IMG/VR virus record: IMGVR_UViG_3300024429_000007
Coordinates: 1-64,000 of that record
Reading direction: 5' to 3' (one strand)
DNA length: 64,000 nt
From: an uncultured virus (IMG/VR IMGVR_UViG_3300024429_000007)
Taxonomy: Duplodnaviria; Heunggongvirae; Uroviricota; Caudoviricetes
Shown: positions 18,742-27,808 of the stretch, piece after piece
Numbering within the stretch: the stretch's first letter is position 1
How the letters are laid out: each line of letters opens with the position of its first letter
Notes under the pieces: model-generated
What the model was told of the DNA's origin: nothing
The model's input: only the letters and a program-made list of their open reading frames with translations
Database searches by the model: none
Position numbers and translations under genes: made by a program

Positions 18742-19890
18742 TCAGAGAAGCAGGAAATTATACGAATGAAGCTCGCCCGGGTCCGCAATAAAATAGAGAG
18801 GCGAGTCGGTCAATCGAATCGATCCTCCCGATACATCAATCGGTTGCCCAATTACACCGAAAACAGAAACGTCCTTAAATGGAAACTCTCGATCCATCTC
18901 CAGTCTTTCCGTAGTCCAGATTACGTGGATCTCCTTGTCATCTCTTTCGAAAACGAACCAGTTGATCTTGTCGGTGCACCAACGTTCCTCGACTGTTCGA
19001 CTGGGATACGCTTTCATCTGCGTTTTGAAGATCGCTCCCTTCAAGAAATCCTTGATCGTTCGCATCGCATAATAAGACGGCCTCGGCTTCCCTCTCGTGT
19101 CTAACAGACCCCACCCCAGATGTTTCAGGGCAAACCAGATCGCGTAATCGATCCCGACCGAATTGAAAAGCACGTGTTGTTTGACGAGAGAAATCGCCTG
19201 ACGCTCTGGGGTCTGGATAATGTGAAGGAATTTTGGATCTCCGGTACAGGGAACTCCGCATTCTGCGACGACGACAGGTTTCTCAACGCGGTACCAGGCG
19301 AGAATCTCATTGACTTTCGAAATCCCCTGAAGGATATTCTTTGTTCCTCCGTATCCGTAAGTATAGAAATTCAGGCTGATAAAGTCTAGCACCTGTCCAA
19401 TCCCAAGTGCAAAACAGTTCTCGAAAAACTGACTTCGATCCTCATTCCCAAAGCTGCCATTGAACGTCGGAGTAATCCACCCGCAGCCTCCGATTACGTT
19501 TTCAGGATCGATCTTTTTGCCCATCTCGTAGAACGTCCGAACCTGACGAACGAATTCCTCCTCGTCCCCCGAGAACCGGCACCCTGGCTGATCGGGACGA
19601 GTCTCTGGCTCTCCTCCGAAATCCCAAATCCGAATGAGGCCCCGATATTTCTCCAACACTTCCTTGAAGGCCGCGTGGGGAACGTTGTTCACGCCCACCG
19701 GCAGAATGAACTTACCGATCAGCCTCGTGTCCGAATCGATGACTGCTGCACAATCTTCGGGAGAGGGACTATTCAGGTGCAATGGAAGCTGGACCAAATC
19801 TGGATCAAGGTCGAAGATATGATCCTTGAATTTCGTCAAAACGCCAGCGACTGCAACTCCAAACTGATCAACGGTCCATTTTTGAATCAT
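18742..19890 (-). CDS. clan GH-A glycoside hydrolase-like protein
   Basis: IWDFGGEPE (NEP-like), DFISLNFY, KPVVVAECG, WGLL..G.PRPSYYA. Confidence 0.65.
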   Translation of the reverse strand: MIQKWTVDQFGVAVAGVLTKFKDHIFDLDPDLVQLPLHLNSPSPEDCAAVIDSDTRLIGKFILPVGVNNVPHAAFKEVLEKYRGLIRIWDFGGEPETRPDQPGCRFSGDEEEFVRQVRTFYEMGKKIDPENVIGGCGWITPTFNGSFGNEDRSQFFENCFALGIGQVLDFISLNFYTYGYGGTKNILQGISKVNEILAWYRVEKPVVVAECGVPCTGDPKFLHIIQTPERQAISLVKQHVLFNSVGIDYAIWFALKHLGWGLLDTRGKPRPSYYAMRTIKDFLKGAIFKTQMKAYPSRTVEERWCTDKINWFVFERDDKEIHVIWTTERLEMDREFPFKDVSVFGVIGQPIDVSGGSIRLTDSPLYFIADPGELHSYNFLLL

Positions 19891-19893
19891 AGC

Positions 19894-20700
19894 CTACTCC
19901 TTTATCTTTTCGGCAATGACCAACATCTCATCCATCTGCGACGATGGGAGTTTCCGGGATGTCTTAAACCCCTCCAACTTCAGCAAAAGATTCAGCGTGG
20001 AATGATCGTAGTGGAAACAATGCTGGTACAACGACCAGAAGGGATGCAGAGGATCATCTCCGTACTTCGCAGTATCCGGCATTTGGATAATCATGAGCAT
20101 ATTTTCCGAACTGTGCGTAAAGATCTTCCGAAGCAATTTCCGAGGATGCTGCGAATGTTCCAGACTATCCCAGAGCAGCACACAATCGAAAATCTCTTCA
20201 TTGTCCAGAACGAGTTCGTCCATGTCCTGACACCGGAGTTCCAGGCCCAAATGCTCTCTGCCCCAATCCACTGCCCACTTAGAGAACTCGATTCCAACGA
20301 CTCTCCATCCCCGATCGAAATACGGTTTGCTCATGTGCCCGGTGGCGCACCCGAAATCGATCAACGAACAGGGCTTCCGGGTTTTGTCTTTCCAACGTCT
20401 ATTGAACCAAGAGAGAGTAAGCTTCCCGAAGTAAATCTTCGCTCCGAGGTGATCTTCCTCGATGTAATTCGGGTACCCGATGCACCCTTTGGGATCGGCG
20501 ATGTAGTACTCTTTTTTATGATACGCCTTTCGATCCGCCGCGGAGATGTTCGGGTTGAAAAAAAGCAGCCCGCATTCTTCGCACCGCTCGACTTTTAATG
20601 GCTGTTCCTGAGCCCAGTTGTTCGGCGGGCATTCGAACAGAAATTCGGACTTCGTTCGATGGTCGTGTAAGGGACAATGGACTTCGATCAGCTCAGGCAT
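19894..20700 (-). CDS. class I SAM-dependent methyltransferase
   Basis: CEECGLLF, LIDFGCATG, LEH. Confidence 0.88.
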   Translation of the reverse strand: MPELIEVHCPLHDHRTKSEFLFECPPNNWAQEQPLKVERCEECGLLFFNPNISAADRKAYHKKEYYIADPKGCIGYPNYIEEDHLGAKIYFGKLTLSWFNRRWKDKTRKPCSLIDFGCATGHMSKPYFDRGWRVVGIEFSKWAVDWGREHLGLELRCQDMDELVLDNEEIFDCVLLWDSLEHSQHPRKLLRKIFTHSSENMLMIIQMPDTAKYGDDPLHPFWSLYQHCFHYDHSTLNLLLKLEGFKTSRKLPSSQMDEMLVIAEKIKE

Positions 20701-20711
20701 TTTTCTCCTCC

Positions 20712-21215
20712 TCAAAAATAAGTCGCTTCGGTTAAACCAACAATTGCATCTATCTTCTCGGTTCCTTCGCTGAGCATCAGCATAGACCGGTGAAAGCCAT
20801 CAATGACTTCGAATTCTCCGTTCAACTTCTCAGAAAATTTCTGCACAACCGTAATCTTTTGTTTCTCTGGGTGAATTGAACCGGTCCCATGAGTAATCCG
20901 TTTGCTACAATCTCGAAGATTCCCATTCCACTTTCTCAAGAGCGGATTCCAAATCGGATCCACGGCGGTCACGCAGAGTTCCTTCGTAGACAGACTGATC
21001 TCGACCCATTCGACAATCTGCTCATTTCTCCTATCGGTCTTGTAGCCAAGCGTCCAGACTCCAAAGGGATTCACCTGTCTATTGTGGAAGCATTGACTAC
21101 GAACAAGTTGCTCTAATACTCGATCATCTCGGATCGTTTTCCCAGATTCCAAGAATAGAAAATAACGTAAAACGTCTGAAAAAGCAAGGCATTTTTTTGC
21201 AATATAGTTTTTCAT
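20712..21215 (-). CDS. ParB/Srx-like domain protein
   Basis: EVIDGFHR motif. Confidence 0.55.
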   Translation of the reverse strand: MKNYIAKKCLAFSDVLRYFLFLESGKTIRDDRVLEQLVRSQCFHNRQVNPFGVWTLGYKTDRRNEQIVEWVEISLSTKELCVTAVDPIWNPLLRKWNGNLRDCSKRITHGTGSIHPEKQKITVVQKFSEKLNGEFEVIDGFHRSMLMLSEGTEKIDAIVGLTEATYF

Positions 21216-22345
21216 CGTTGCTGACTTTTCCGAAATGGGATAATATCCTGCGGATTCAGATCTAATGGAACTTCATCTCCCTTGATAATATCGGCATATA
21301 GATCTGTTACGTCTTCCAGGCTGTAACGTTCCAAGCACCATGTACGCGCCCACGCAGATCTACTAATTCGCTTTTTTTGGACTTTGGGCAACCACCCATA
21401 CCCATCCACATACCTCAATGGCGGGGATTGCTTTTTCAAATAATTCACCAACTCCACATCGTCTTGAAAAATGCACTCCACTGGGTGCATCTCATCCGCA
21501 CCTGGCCAATTAAATATCACCGGCACGCACCCGCAGAGCATTCCTTCCGTAATTGCAGCGTGCCAACTTTCATCCTCAGAGAAACTGATTACAAAATCAA
21601 TATCAGCAAACCACTTTATAACCGCATCTCCACTCACATGGTCAAGAACCTGGATACGATCCGAAGATCGAACTACAGACTCAAGTTCAGCAATGTAATC
21701 TGGAAAGTGTGTTCGATCATTTTCCTCAAAACCAAGCAAGCTCAACGAAAAATTCGGTGAAAGACAATTCGCTTCCGTCCAACGATTAGATATTGGATAT
21801 TCCATTGCTAATGGCCCATCGAGCAATTTAGCAAATTCGACAACTCGTTTCCGTGGAATACACCGGCCCAACATACCTAATCTCCGACCATAGTCACGCT
21901 GATTTATGAAATCATTCAAAAACCGCCAGTGCTGTTCATCTACCAATCTGGGTACAGTTATACATCGTTCCTGCATATCATCCAGAACATTTGCAACACA
22001 ATTCTCAAGGAAAAGATTCCTGTAATGATTACTCATGAACAGAACTGCGGAGGCATTCTCCCAATAGTAGAACGGTGAATTCTCATGCCAGACATCGCCG
22101 CGATGCGTTCGTACAATAATCCGCTTCTCTGGAAAATTCTCCAGATAAAACTGCGCCCACGCCAATCCCCAATCCACAAAAATTACATCCGCCCATTTCG
22201 CCAAGCTCCTTTGGACATAATCTCGTGGATGCTCACGGTCAAGAAAATTACAGCTAAACCGTTGCGACATGATTGCCTTAAATCTCTTTGGAACAAACTG
22301 CCACAACCCGCCAGCATCGAATAATACCTTCAGTTTATGCTCCAT
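21212..22345 (-). CDS. GT4-family glycosyltransferase
   Basis: ESWHAAITEGMLCGCVPV (Ex7E). Confidence 0.85.
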   Translation of the reverse strand: MEHKLKVLFDAGGLWQFVPKRFKAIMSQRFSCNFLDREHPRDYVQRSLAKWADVIFVDWGLAWAQFYLENFPEKRIIVRTHRGDVWHENSPFYYWENASAVLFMSNHYRNLFLENCVANVLDDMQERCITVPRLVDEQHWRFLNDFINQRDYGRRLGMLGRCIPRKRVVEFAKLLDGPLAMEYPISNRWTEANCLSPNFSLSLLGFEENDRTHFPDYIAELESVVRSSDRIQVLDHVSGDAVIKWFADIDFVISFSEDESWHAAITEGMLCGCVPVIFNWPGADEMHPVECIFQDDVELVNYLKKQSPPLRYVDGYGWLPKVQKKRISRSAWARTWCLERYSLEDVTDLYADIIKGDEVPLDLNPQDIIPFRKSQQR

Positions 22346-22358
22346 CGGAATCCTTCTT

Positions 22359-22997
22359 TCATTGATATACTTCTACTCGGAATTCACCTACCCAATCGAA
22401 AACAGTCTCCCGGAATCGGTGAGGAAGATTAACACGGCTTTTTTTTGCATTTGCGAATAGAACATAATCCTTCCAGGCCTTCACGGCAGAACTATCGATT
22501 ACTTCGTTCCATAATGCAGAAGAAAGGAAAGTCGGCTTCTTTTCAAAAACCAAAGTATTCGTATAAAAAGAAACCAACCAGTAGTGGTATGGTAGAGGAT
22601 GAAGCATCTCTTTGAAAGGCGATGGCGTCTTGATCCGGCCACGTGCACCGATTCGCATCAATTCTTCGCAGGCCGCTTTTGGATCGAGAATATGTTCAAG
22701 GATATGAGAACACCAGATAAAATCAAAGCTTTCGCTCCTGAAGGGCAGCGCCTCAACTCCGGACAGCAAAAACTTCCGACCTTGATATACCGGAATCAGA
22801 TCAGGATTCATATCGACCAGTACATCCGCCCGGGGGAATGCCGATTCAGTAAGCTGAACCCGAGGAGCACCCGGACCGCATCCAATATCCAGTACGCGAT
22901 CATCTTCCCAGATTCCGTAATCTAAAGCAATTTCATCTCTCGTCCAGCGCGGACGATGCTCTTTCGCTCTCGGTCCCAGATCGGCAAGCGTTACCAT
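22359..22997 (-). CDS. SAM-dependent methyltransferase (type 11)
   Basis: VLDIGCG, LPF..FD, SHILEH. Confidence 0.88.
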   Translation of the reverse strand: MVTLADLGPRAKEHRPRWTRDEIALDYGIWEDDRVLDIGCGPGAPRVQLTESAFPRADVLVDMNPDLIPVYQGRKFLLSGVEALPFRSESFDFIWCSHILEHILDPKAACEELMRIGARGRIKTPSPFKEMLHPLPYHYWLVSFYTNTLVFEKKPTFLSSALWNEVIDSSAVKAWKDYVLFANAKKSRVNLPHRFRETVFDWVGEFRVEVYQ

Positions 22998-23962
22998 CCC
23001 AATTCCTCAGCACTCTTTCCATAGTACGGATGCTCCAACATAACCACAGGATAAGTCCCAGTAAATTTTTCGAGATGTTCTTCGACCGACTCATCGTAAA
23101 TTCCAGTCCAGATTTTATGATACGTTTGATAGTACTCCATGATTTCTCCGTCGTTCGATTCAAGGATCGGTGCACACCATCGCTTCATTCTTTCGTCGCC
23201 ACCGCCTCGTGCAACCAGGTTTCGAGTCGCATGCGCCCATCGCAGAATATGTCGTTCCATTTTCTCCGGAGTATGCACCCATCCGAAGTGTAGAATATCA
23301 AAGAGACCGGCCGGCTCGAAAAGATATAGTTTTTCGCCTTTCTTGTCAAGCGTTTTTAATTCTTGGAATCGAGTACGCCGAAGACCCAATTCCATTTTCT
23401 GGCCAAGTCGATAAGGTCGTTGTCCAAGAATCTCAATGTCGGGGAGATATTTCCAAAAAAGCCCGGAGTCGATATAGTTACACATCTGAAGATAATCTTC
23501 TCCGACTGTGAGGATATGATTCAAATCGAGGAAAAACATCAACTCTTTCGCCGCGATCATCCAGATTGAAGGATATCCGATTACCAGATTCCGGAGACAT
23601 TGGATCTCTCTTGGTCGATACACCGCGTCCGAATCCAAGATTAAACAATAATCTGTATTCGAACTGACATTCTGATGGCAATGTCTTCGCAAGTCATTTA
23701 CCGATTGCTGCCAACCGTACCGGATGTACTTGATCTTATGATCTGCGTCTTCATCGAGCATGCGTTGAATCTCCGCCTGTGTACCGTCGGTTGAGAGACC
23801 TTCTTCGGTTAAAAACCCTTGCTCGATTGCCTCTCTTCCATATCGATTTCGGGCGGCGCCCTCCACGATGACGATCTCTTCGACCACATCATAGATCGAC
23901 TTCAGCGCGAAGTAAACGTAATCCTCTTCGTTAATCACCACCATCTGAACTGTGAGCTTCAT
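22991..23962 (-). CDS. GT2-like glycosyltransferase, paralogue 1
   Basis: NEEDY..LKSIYD..VEG, STDGT, LDSD, HFGWV. Confidence 0.82.
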   Translation of the reverse strand: MKLTVQMVVINEEDYVYFALKSIYDVVEEIVIVEGAARNRYGREAIEQGFLTEEGLSTDGTQAEIQRMLDEDADHKIKYIRYGWQQSVNDLRRHCHQNVSSNTDYCLILDSDAVYRPREIQCLRNLVIGYPSIWMIAAKELMFFLDLNHILTVGEDYLQMCNYIDSGLFWKYLPDIEILGQRPYRLGQKMELGLRRTRFQELKTLDKKGEKLYLFEPAGLFDILHFGWVHTPEKMERHILRWAHATRNLVARGGGDERMKRWCAPILESNDGEIMEYYQTYHKIWTGIYDESVEEHLEKFTGTYPVVMLEHPYYGKSAEELGW

Positions 23963-24650
23963 TTGTCCCTCTTTTGAGATACCGGATGCTGTCTGTACCA
24001 CAATTAAAAAATAGATCAAGAATGGACAACCCGGGGATGAACTCATTTCCGAGTTGAGGGTACTCGAATTGTTGAAAGCTCGAATACGTCAGGCGAAATC
24101 CGGAATCCTCGAAATTCTCAGCGATTTGATAACTCCTCGCTCCGTTACCCGAGAGATATTCACTGCCTCCGACAGCTCTCAAGATTTCAATGATCCTGTT
24201 CTCTTTCGTCGCTTGAACTTTCAAATCGGAAGCAAGGATGAACTCAGATCCGATTCCGAACACTCTCGCAAGAACCTGAATCAACTCTATGTTCAGATCA
24301 CAGAGCTTTTCGTAAGGCCTTCGTAGTACGCACTCGATGACCGGAAACCAACGCTCAAAGTACTCCGCCTTGCCATAATTCTGCTGAAGCGTCCGCACCA
24401 TTTTCGGTCGCCACGGAGTATTCACTATCTCGACACTCTGAATCTTCTGCCCGGAGCGCCCCTTCGTCCGAATGGGAACGGTGAGCCATTGGGGTCCCCT
24501 CGGCGTCCAGATGCTGCAACGATTGGTGAAGCTACCCTTTGAAAATGGAACATCGTCCAGAAAGACGAAGATATCGCAGTGTGCCATCTTGTAAAAATAG
24601 CCGAGCCAGGGAGCAAAGTTGGGCTGGTGTATGGCGACGGTGCAACTCAT
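23931..24650 (-). CDS. WbqC-like protein
   Basis: AIHQPNFAPWLGYFYK, FVFLDD, NR, WLTVP, YLSG, LSILDL. Confidence 0.92.
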   Translation of the reverse strand: MSCTVAIHQPNFAPWLGYFYKMAHCDIFVFLDDVPFSKGSFTNRCSIWTPRGPQWLTVPIRTKGRSGQKIQSVEIVNTPWRPKMVRTLQQNYGKAEYFERWFPVIECVLRRPYEKLCDLNIELIQVLARVFGIGSEFILASDLKVQATKENRIIEILRAVGGSEYLSGNGARSYQIAENFEDSGFRLTYSSFQQFEYPQLGNEFIPGLSILDLFFNCGTDSIRYLKRGTNEAHSSDGGD

Positions 24651-24662
24651 CAGTACCTCCTC

Positions 24663-25322
24663 TCAGGACCTTCTTCGATTGGTTTCAAGAGCTTGGGGAT
24701 ACTTGGTGAAATCCGGCCGATAAAGAAAGATCGTGAAGTCATTTTCTTTGTAGGTGTGATCTAAAAAGGCCCCTCGCGGAGAAATCTCTTTTGTAAGAAG
24801 TGTGAATATCTCGCCTGGATCCGAATAAAAGGAATCGAGGTCCCGGCCCAGCCCGAACTTGCTCAGAAAATTTACCCCGACCCCAATCCGACAGAGGGCG
24901 TACATCTTTGTCACAATCTCAATCACCCTAGCATGCCAGTCTTTTTCATCTAAGGCAAACAATCCCGATCCAAAGACGAAATCAAATTGGTCATCGAAAT
25001 TCAGCCCGCGCACGTCGAATATCAAAAAGCTATGGCATGGGTGTTTCTTTCGGGCAATTTGAATCGCCGCTTCAACGAGATCGCAACCCAAGTACCGAGC
25101 GATCTGATACTCTTCTTCGATCAGAAATTTGAGAAAATCTCCCGTTCCACATCCAACGTCCAAAATCGATCTAGTATCGAGATCTCCGATCCGAGTCAGC
25201 GCTCGGAATCTTACCTCTTGCGACTCCTGGCTATTCCAGAAAGTCTCTGGAGAATCACCAAGTTTCCTGAACCGGTCTGTATAGTACTTCAAATTTCTAT
25301 CGGATAATCCAGTGAATTGCAT
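24663..25322 (-). CDS. class I SAM-dependent methyltransferase
   Basis: W.S..SQ..RF, ILDVGCGTG. Confidence 0.88.
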   Translation of the reverse strand: MQFTGLSDRNLKYYTDRFRKLGDSPETFWNSQESQEVRFRALTRIGDLDTRSILDVGCGTGDFLKFLIEEEYQIARYLGCDLVEAAIQIARKKHPCHSFLIFDVRGLNFDDQFDFVFGSGLFALDEKDWHARVIEIVTKMYALCRIGVGVNFLSKFGLGRDLDSFYSDPGEIFTLLTKEISPRGAFLDHTYKENDFTIFLYRPDFTKYPQALETNRRRS

Positions 25323-25926
25323 TGAAGGCCTCCGCGTATTGAGTCCCGATCTGACCACCTCGTGCGCGAACGAGACTCCGGATAAAATCTTCATTGATGT
25401 AATCCCTTCCCAACTGTGAGAAGTAGCATTTCAACGCTCGGATCTTCAACTCGATGAATTGCTCCTCCAGAAAGATGAAACATTCTGTCCTGAAGGATAA
25501 GTTGTTCCAGGGAATTTCGTATCCAAGAAGAGTTGATTTCTTGAAGGCGCGGAATCCTTCGGCTGCAATAACCTGATGATCCTGATGTGTATCATCTGCC
25601 GAGGGCAGAAAGACCAAATCCGGTTCGATTACGTCTCTCAGTTCGATCATATCTTCGAGAATACTTTGACGATGAGCAGGGAAATCCCGGACTTCGTAAT
25701 CGAAAAGAATCAGATTCTCTCTTGTAATCCCAAGCGCAGCGGTTGCCTTTTTAACTTCCTCTCGGAGAATCCCTTTTGGCAACTCGGGTGGAACAGATTT
25801 CTCGGCAGATGAGAAAGCCACATAGAAGACTTCTTTATCTTCAGCGAGAAATCGAGCCAGACTACCACCACAACCGAATTCGCAATCGTCGGTATGTGGA
25901 CTCAGCGCCAGTATTCGCTGAACCAT
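25297..25926 (-). CDS. PIG-L/LmbE-family deacetylase
   Basis: PHTDD, HQDH, YE.PW, SQ, AEAF. Confidence 0.92.
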   Translation of the reverse strand: MVQRILALSPHTDDCEFGCGGSLARFLAEDKEVFYVAFSSAEKSVPPELPKGILREEVKKATAALGITRENLILFDYEVRDFPAHRQSILEDMIELRDVIEPDLVFLPSADDTHQDHQVIAAEGFRAFKKSTLLGYEIPWNNLSFRTECFIFLEEQFIELKIRALKCYFSQLGRDYINEDFIRSLVRARGGQIGTQYAEAFNAIHWIIR

Positions 25927-25927
25927 T

Positions 25928-26431
25928 TCAGTATGTCCTTTCTCTGCTCTTAACTCCTCTGTATCCGAATTCTTCCCACGTTCCCCTTGCTTCGCCTCGC
26001 GCTACGAGATATTCGAGAGATACAAAATCTGCTCGATTCAACAAATTTCTTAGGGACCCTCGCCAGAACATACATTTGTGCGCCATAAAGGGACTGGCAT
26101 CGGGATCATATCCAAAAATCACTATGTTAAGCCACTCGTACTCACATTCTCCATGAGTCCAACGATGGAAGGCCTCAAGAGCATTGGGAACATAGACCGT
26201 AATTTTGCCTTCTGCCTTCAGTACACGATTCCACTCTTGAAGGATAACAATCGAAGACTCCTGACGAAAATGCTCCAGAATATGGGACGCCCAGAGTTCA
26301 TCGGCAACTGTATCCTGAAATGGAAGAAATTGCGCATCGGCTACGACATCGGGTCGGAGCGATCGGTCAAGATCGATTACAACCCACTCATTCCGCCGTG
26401 CGCCTCCTCCGATGTCCAGTTTAAGCCTCAT
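25928..26431 (-). CDS. SAM-dependent methyltransferase (type 11)
   Basis: LDIGGG, LPF, SHILEH, RVLK. Confidence 0.85.
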   Translation of the reverse strand: MRLKLDIGGGARRNEWVVIDLDRSLRPDVVADAQFLPFQDTVADELWASHILEHFRQESSIVILQEWNRVLKAEGKITVYVPNALEAFHRWTHGECEYEWLNIVIFGYDPDASPFMAHKCMFWRGSLRNLLNRADFVSLEYLVARGEARGTWEEFGYRGVKSRERTY

Positions 26432-26437
26432 TTAAAA

Positions 26438-26644
26438 TTATATACCCCAGAGCTTTCCTTGCAGTGACCAGAGTCTTACTTGCGCCTCTCGAAGAAATTC
26501 CTGCATTTCAGTTTCGACTTCTTGAAGCTCCTCTTCGCTTAATACTTCGACCAGTTTACTTAAACGATTCAAGTCCCGCAAGACTTTCTTTTGAATATCT
26601 AATATCGACTTCGCTCGATCACTTACTCCCAGATCTTTCGACAT
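26438..26644 (-). CDS. small coiled-coil protein
   Basis: GAGG RBS; fills the gap. Confidence 0.6.
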   Translation of the reverse strand: MSKDLGVSDRAKSILDIQKKVLRDLNRLSKLVEVLSEEELQEVETEMQEFLREAQVRLWSLQGKLWGI

Positions 26645-26664
26645 GCGGGTACCTCTTCAACAAT

Positions 26665-27660
26665 TCAGTCCCACCATTTCAAATCGTAGAAAGGAGACCT
26701 CTGATCACCCTCGGGGTCCTCGTGTCTGAACCACTCTTCCGGTTTATCGAAATAAGGATGTTTCTGAATCAGCCCATCGAGAGGATACGATCCCTTGAAC
26801 TCATCCACATGTTCAACATCGGTATCTAAGACCTTGGTATAGAATTTGTGGTACATCCTCAGCCAGTCCATCAGCGTCTCCCGTCGCCGATCAGGAAGTA
26901 CGAGACGGTTCTTCTCCATCGTCTGTGGAGCGAAAAACTTCCGCATGAGCTGAACTTCCATTCGCTCCTTCAACTGGACATTTCCAAAGTGGAATACGTC
27001 CAGCAAGTCGGGACTGTAAACAATGTATTTCTGATCTCCGTACTCATATTCACGAAGACGCAAAAAATCAATCCAGTCAATCTTGGTTCGTTCACTGGTA
27101 CTCCCGTCACCGAACCAAATTGTTCGTTCTCTTTCAAAATACATCGTCGGGTTATACCTGAAAAAACACCAACGCCAATAATCCTTTCGTTCTATTCCAG
27201 TATGTAGGACGTGCCGGAAGTCCCAGATAAATGACCAACAGTATTCCGCCACTTCATAAACTTGGGGATATGTCTTTAAGACTTTTTTTGCCTTCAGAAT
27301 ATTTCTTGGCTTAAAGAGACAATCCCCATCCTGAATGAGTTCGATGTCGGTATCCTCGGGCAACATCGAGTGCGCTTTGTTCCGAAGATCCTCCCAACTG
27401 TGCACAAAGCCAACTTGTTCATAATGCACCTTCCCTTCGGGATCGTCATTGGCAATGAACCTTTGGACTTCCTCGCCAGTATTATCCAACGATAGCCCCT
27501 CACTTGTTGCAGGAACGTGGTCGTACTTATTATGGAAAACATCGTGCGTGATCGCACCCTCAACAACGGCGATGTAATCGACTGCCGGATATGATGATTT
27601 TAAGGCCCAGTAAACATAAGGCTGGTCATTGAGAGTAAGCATGTGACAACCAATTTTCAC
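26665..27660 (-). CDS. GT2-like glycosyltransferase, paralogue 2 (homologous to the CRISPR spacer)
   Basis: GTG start at 27660 with AGGAG RBS; NDQPY..LKSSYPAVD..VEG, DGD, HFGNV. Confidence 0.82.
   Translation of the reverse strand: MKIGCHMLTLNDQPYVYWALKSSYPAVDYIAVVEGAITHDVFHNKYDHVPATSEGLSLDNTGEEVQRFIANDDPEGKVHYEQVGFVHSWEDLRNKAHSMLPEDTDIELIQDGDCLFKPRNILKAKKVLKTYPQVYEVAEYCWSFIWDFRHVLHTGIERKDYWRWCFFRYNPTMYFERERTIWFGDGSTSERTKIDWIDFLRLREYEYGDQKYIVYSPDLLDVFHFGNVQLKERMEVQLMRKFFAPQTMEKNRLVLPDRRRETLMDWLRMYHKFYTKVLDTDVEHVDEFKGSYPLDGLIQKHPYFDKPEEWFRHEDPEGDQRSPFYDLKWWD
27565..27600 (-). other. resident protospacer-homologous segment (27/36 nt identical to spacer, all differences synonymous), preceded by TTA
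   Basis: AAA TCA TCA TAT CCG GCA GTC GAT TAC ATC GCC GTT versus spacer AAG AGT TCG TAT CCC GCT GTC GAT TAC ATC GCA GTA. Confidence 0.9.
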
Positions 27661-27692
27661 TATATCATCTCCTGATGCTGCCAGTGAACGAT

Positions 27693-27802
27693 GTTTCAAT
27701 CCTTGTTTTAATGGATAGCGTTCTTAAACTACTGCGATGTAATCGACAGCGGGATACGAACTCTTATTTCAATCCTTATTTTGATGGATAGCGCTCTTAA
27801 AC
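27693..27802 (-). CRISPR. CRISPR mini-array: two 37-bp repeats, one 36-bp spacer (27730-27765)
   Basis: Repeats GTTTAAGAGCGCTATCCATCAAAATAAGGATTGAAAT and GTTTAAGAACGCTATCCATTAAAACAAGGATTGAAAC (33/37 identical), with the ATTGAAAC 3' handle. Confidence 0.9.
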
Positions 27803-27808
27803 TTTCCT

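Noticed and set aside
19675..20598. 307-aa plus-strand ORF and similar long antisense ORFs (33604-34329, 52487-53206, 61686-62354)
   Set aside because: Shadows of motif-bearing minus-strand genes, with no motifs of their own
27661..27699. ORF-track TTG start at 27699 for the GT gene
   Set aside because: Lies inside the CRISPR repeat; GTG at 27660 has an AGGAG RBS and matches the paralogue N-termini
27565..27765. Spacer/gene similarity as a diversity-generating retroelement TR/VR pair or a simple duplication
   Set aside because: Differences are synonymous rather than adenine-specific, no reverse transcriptase is present, and similarity stops exactly at the repeat boundaries
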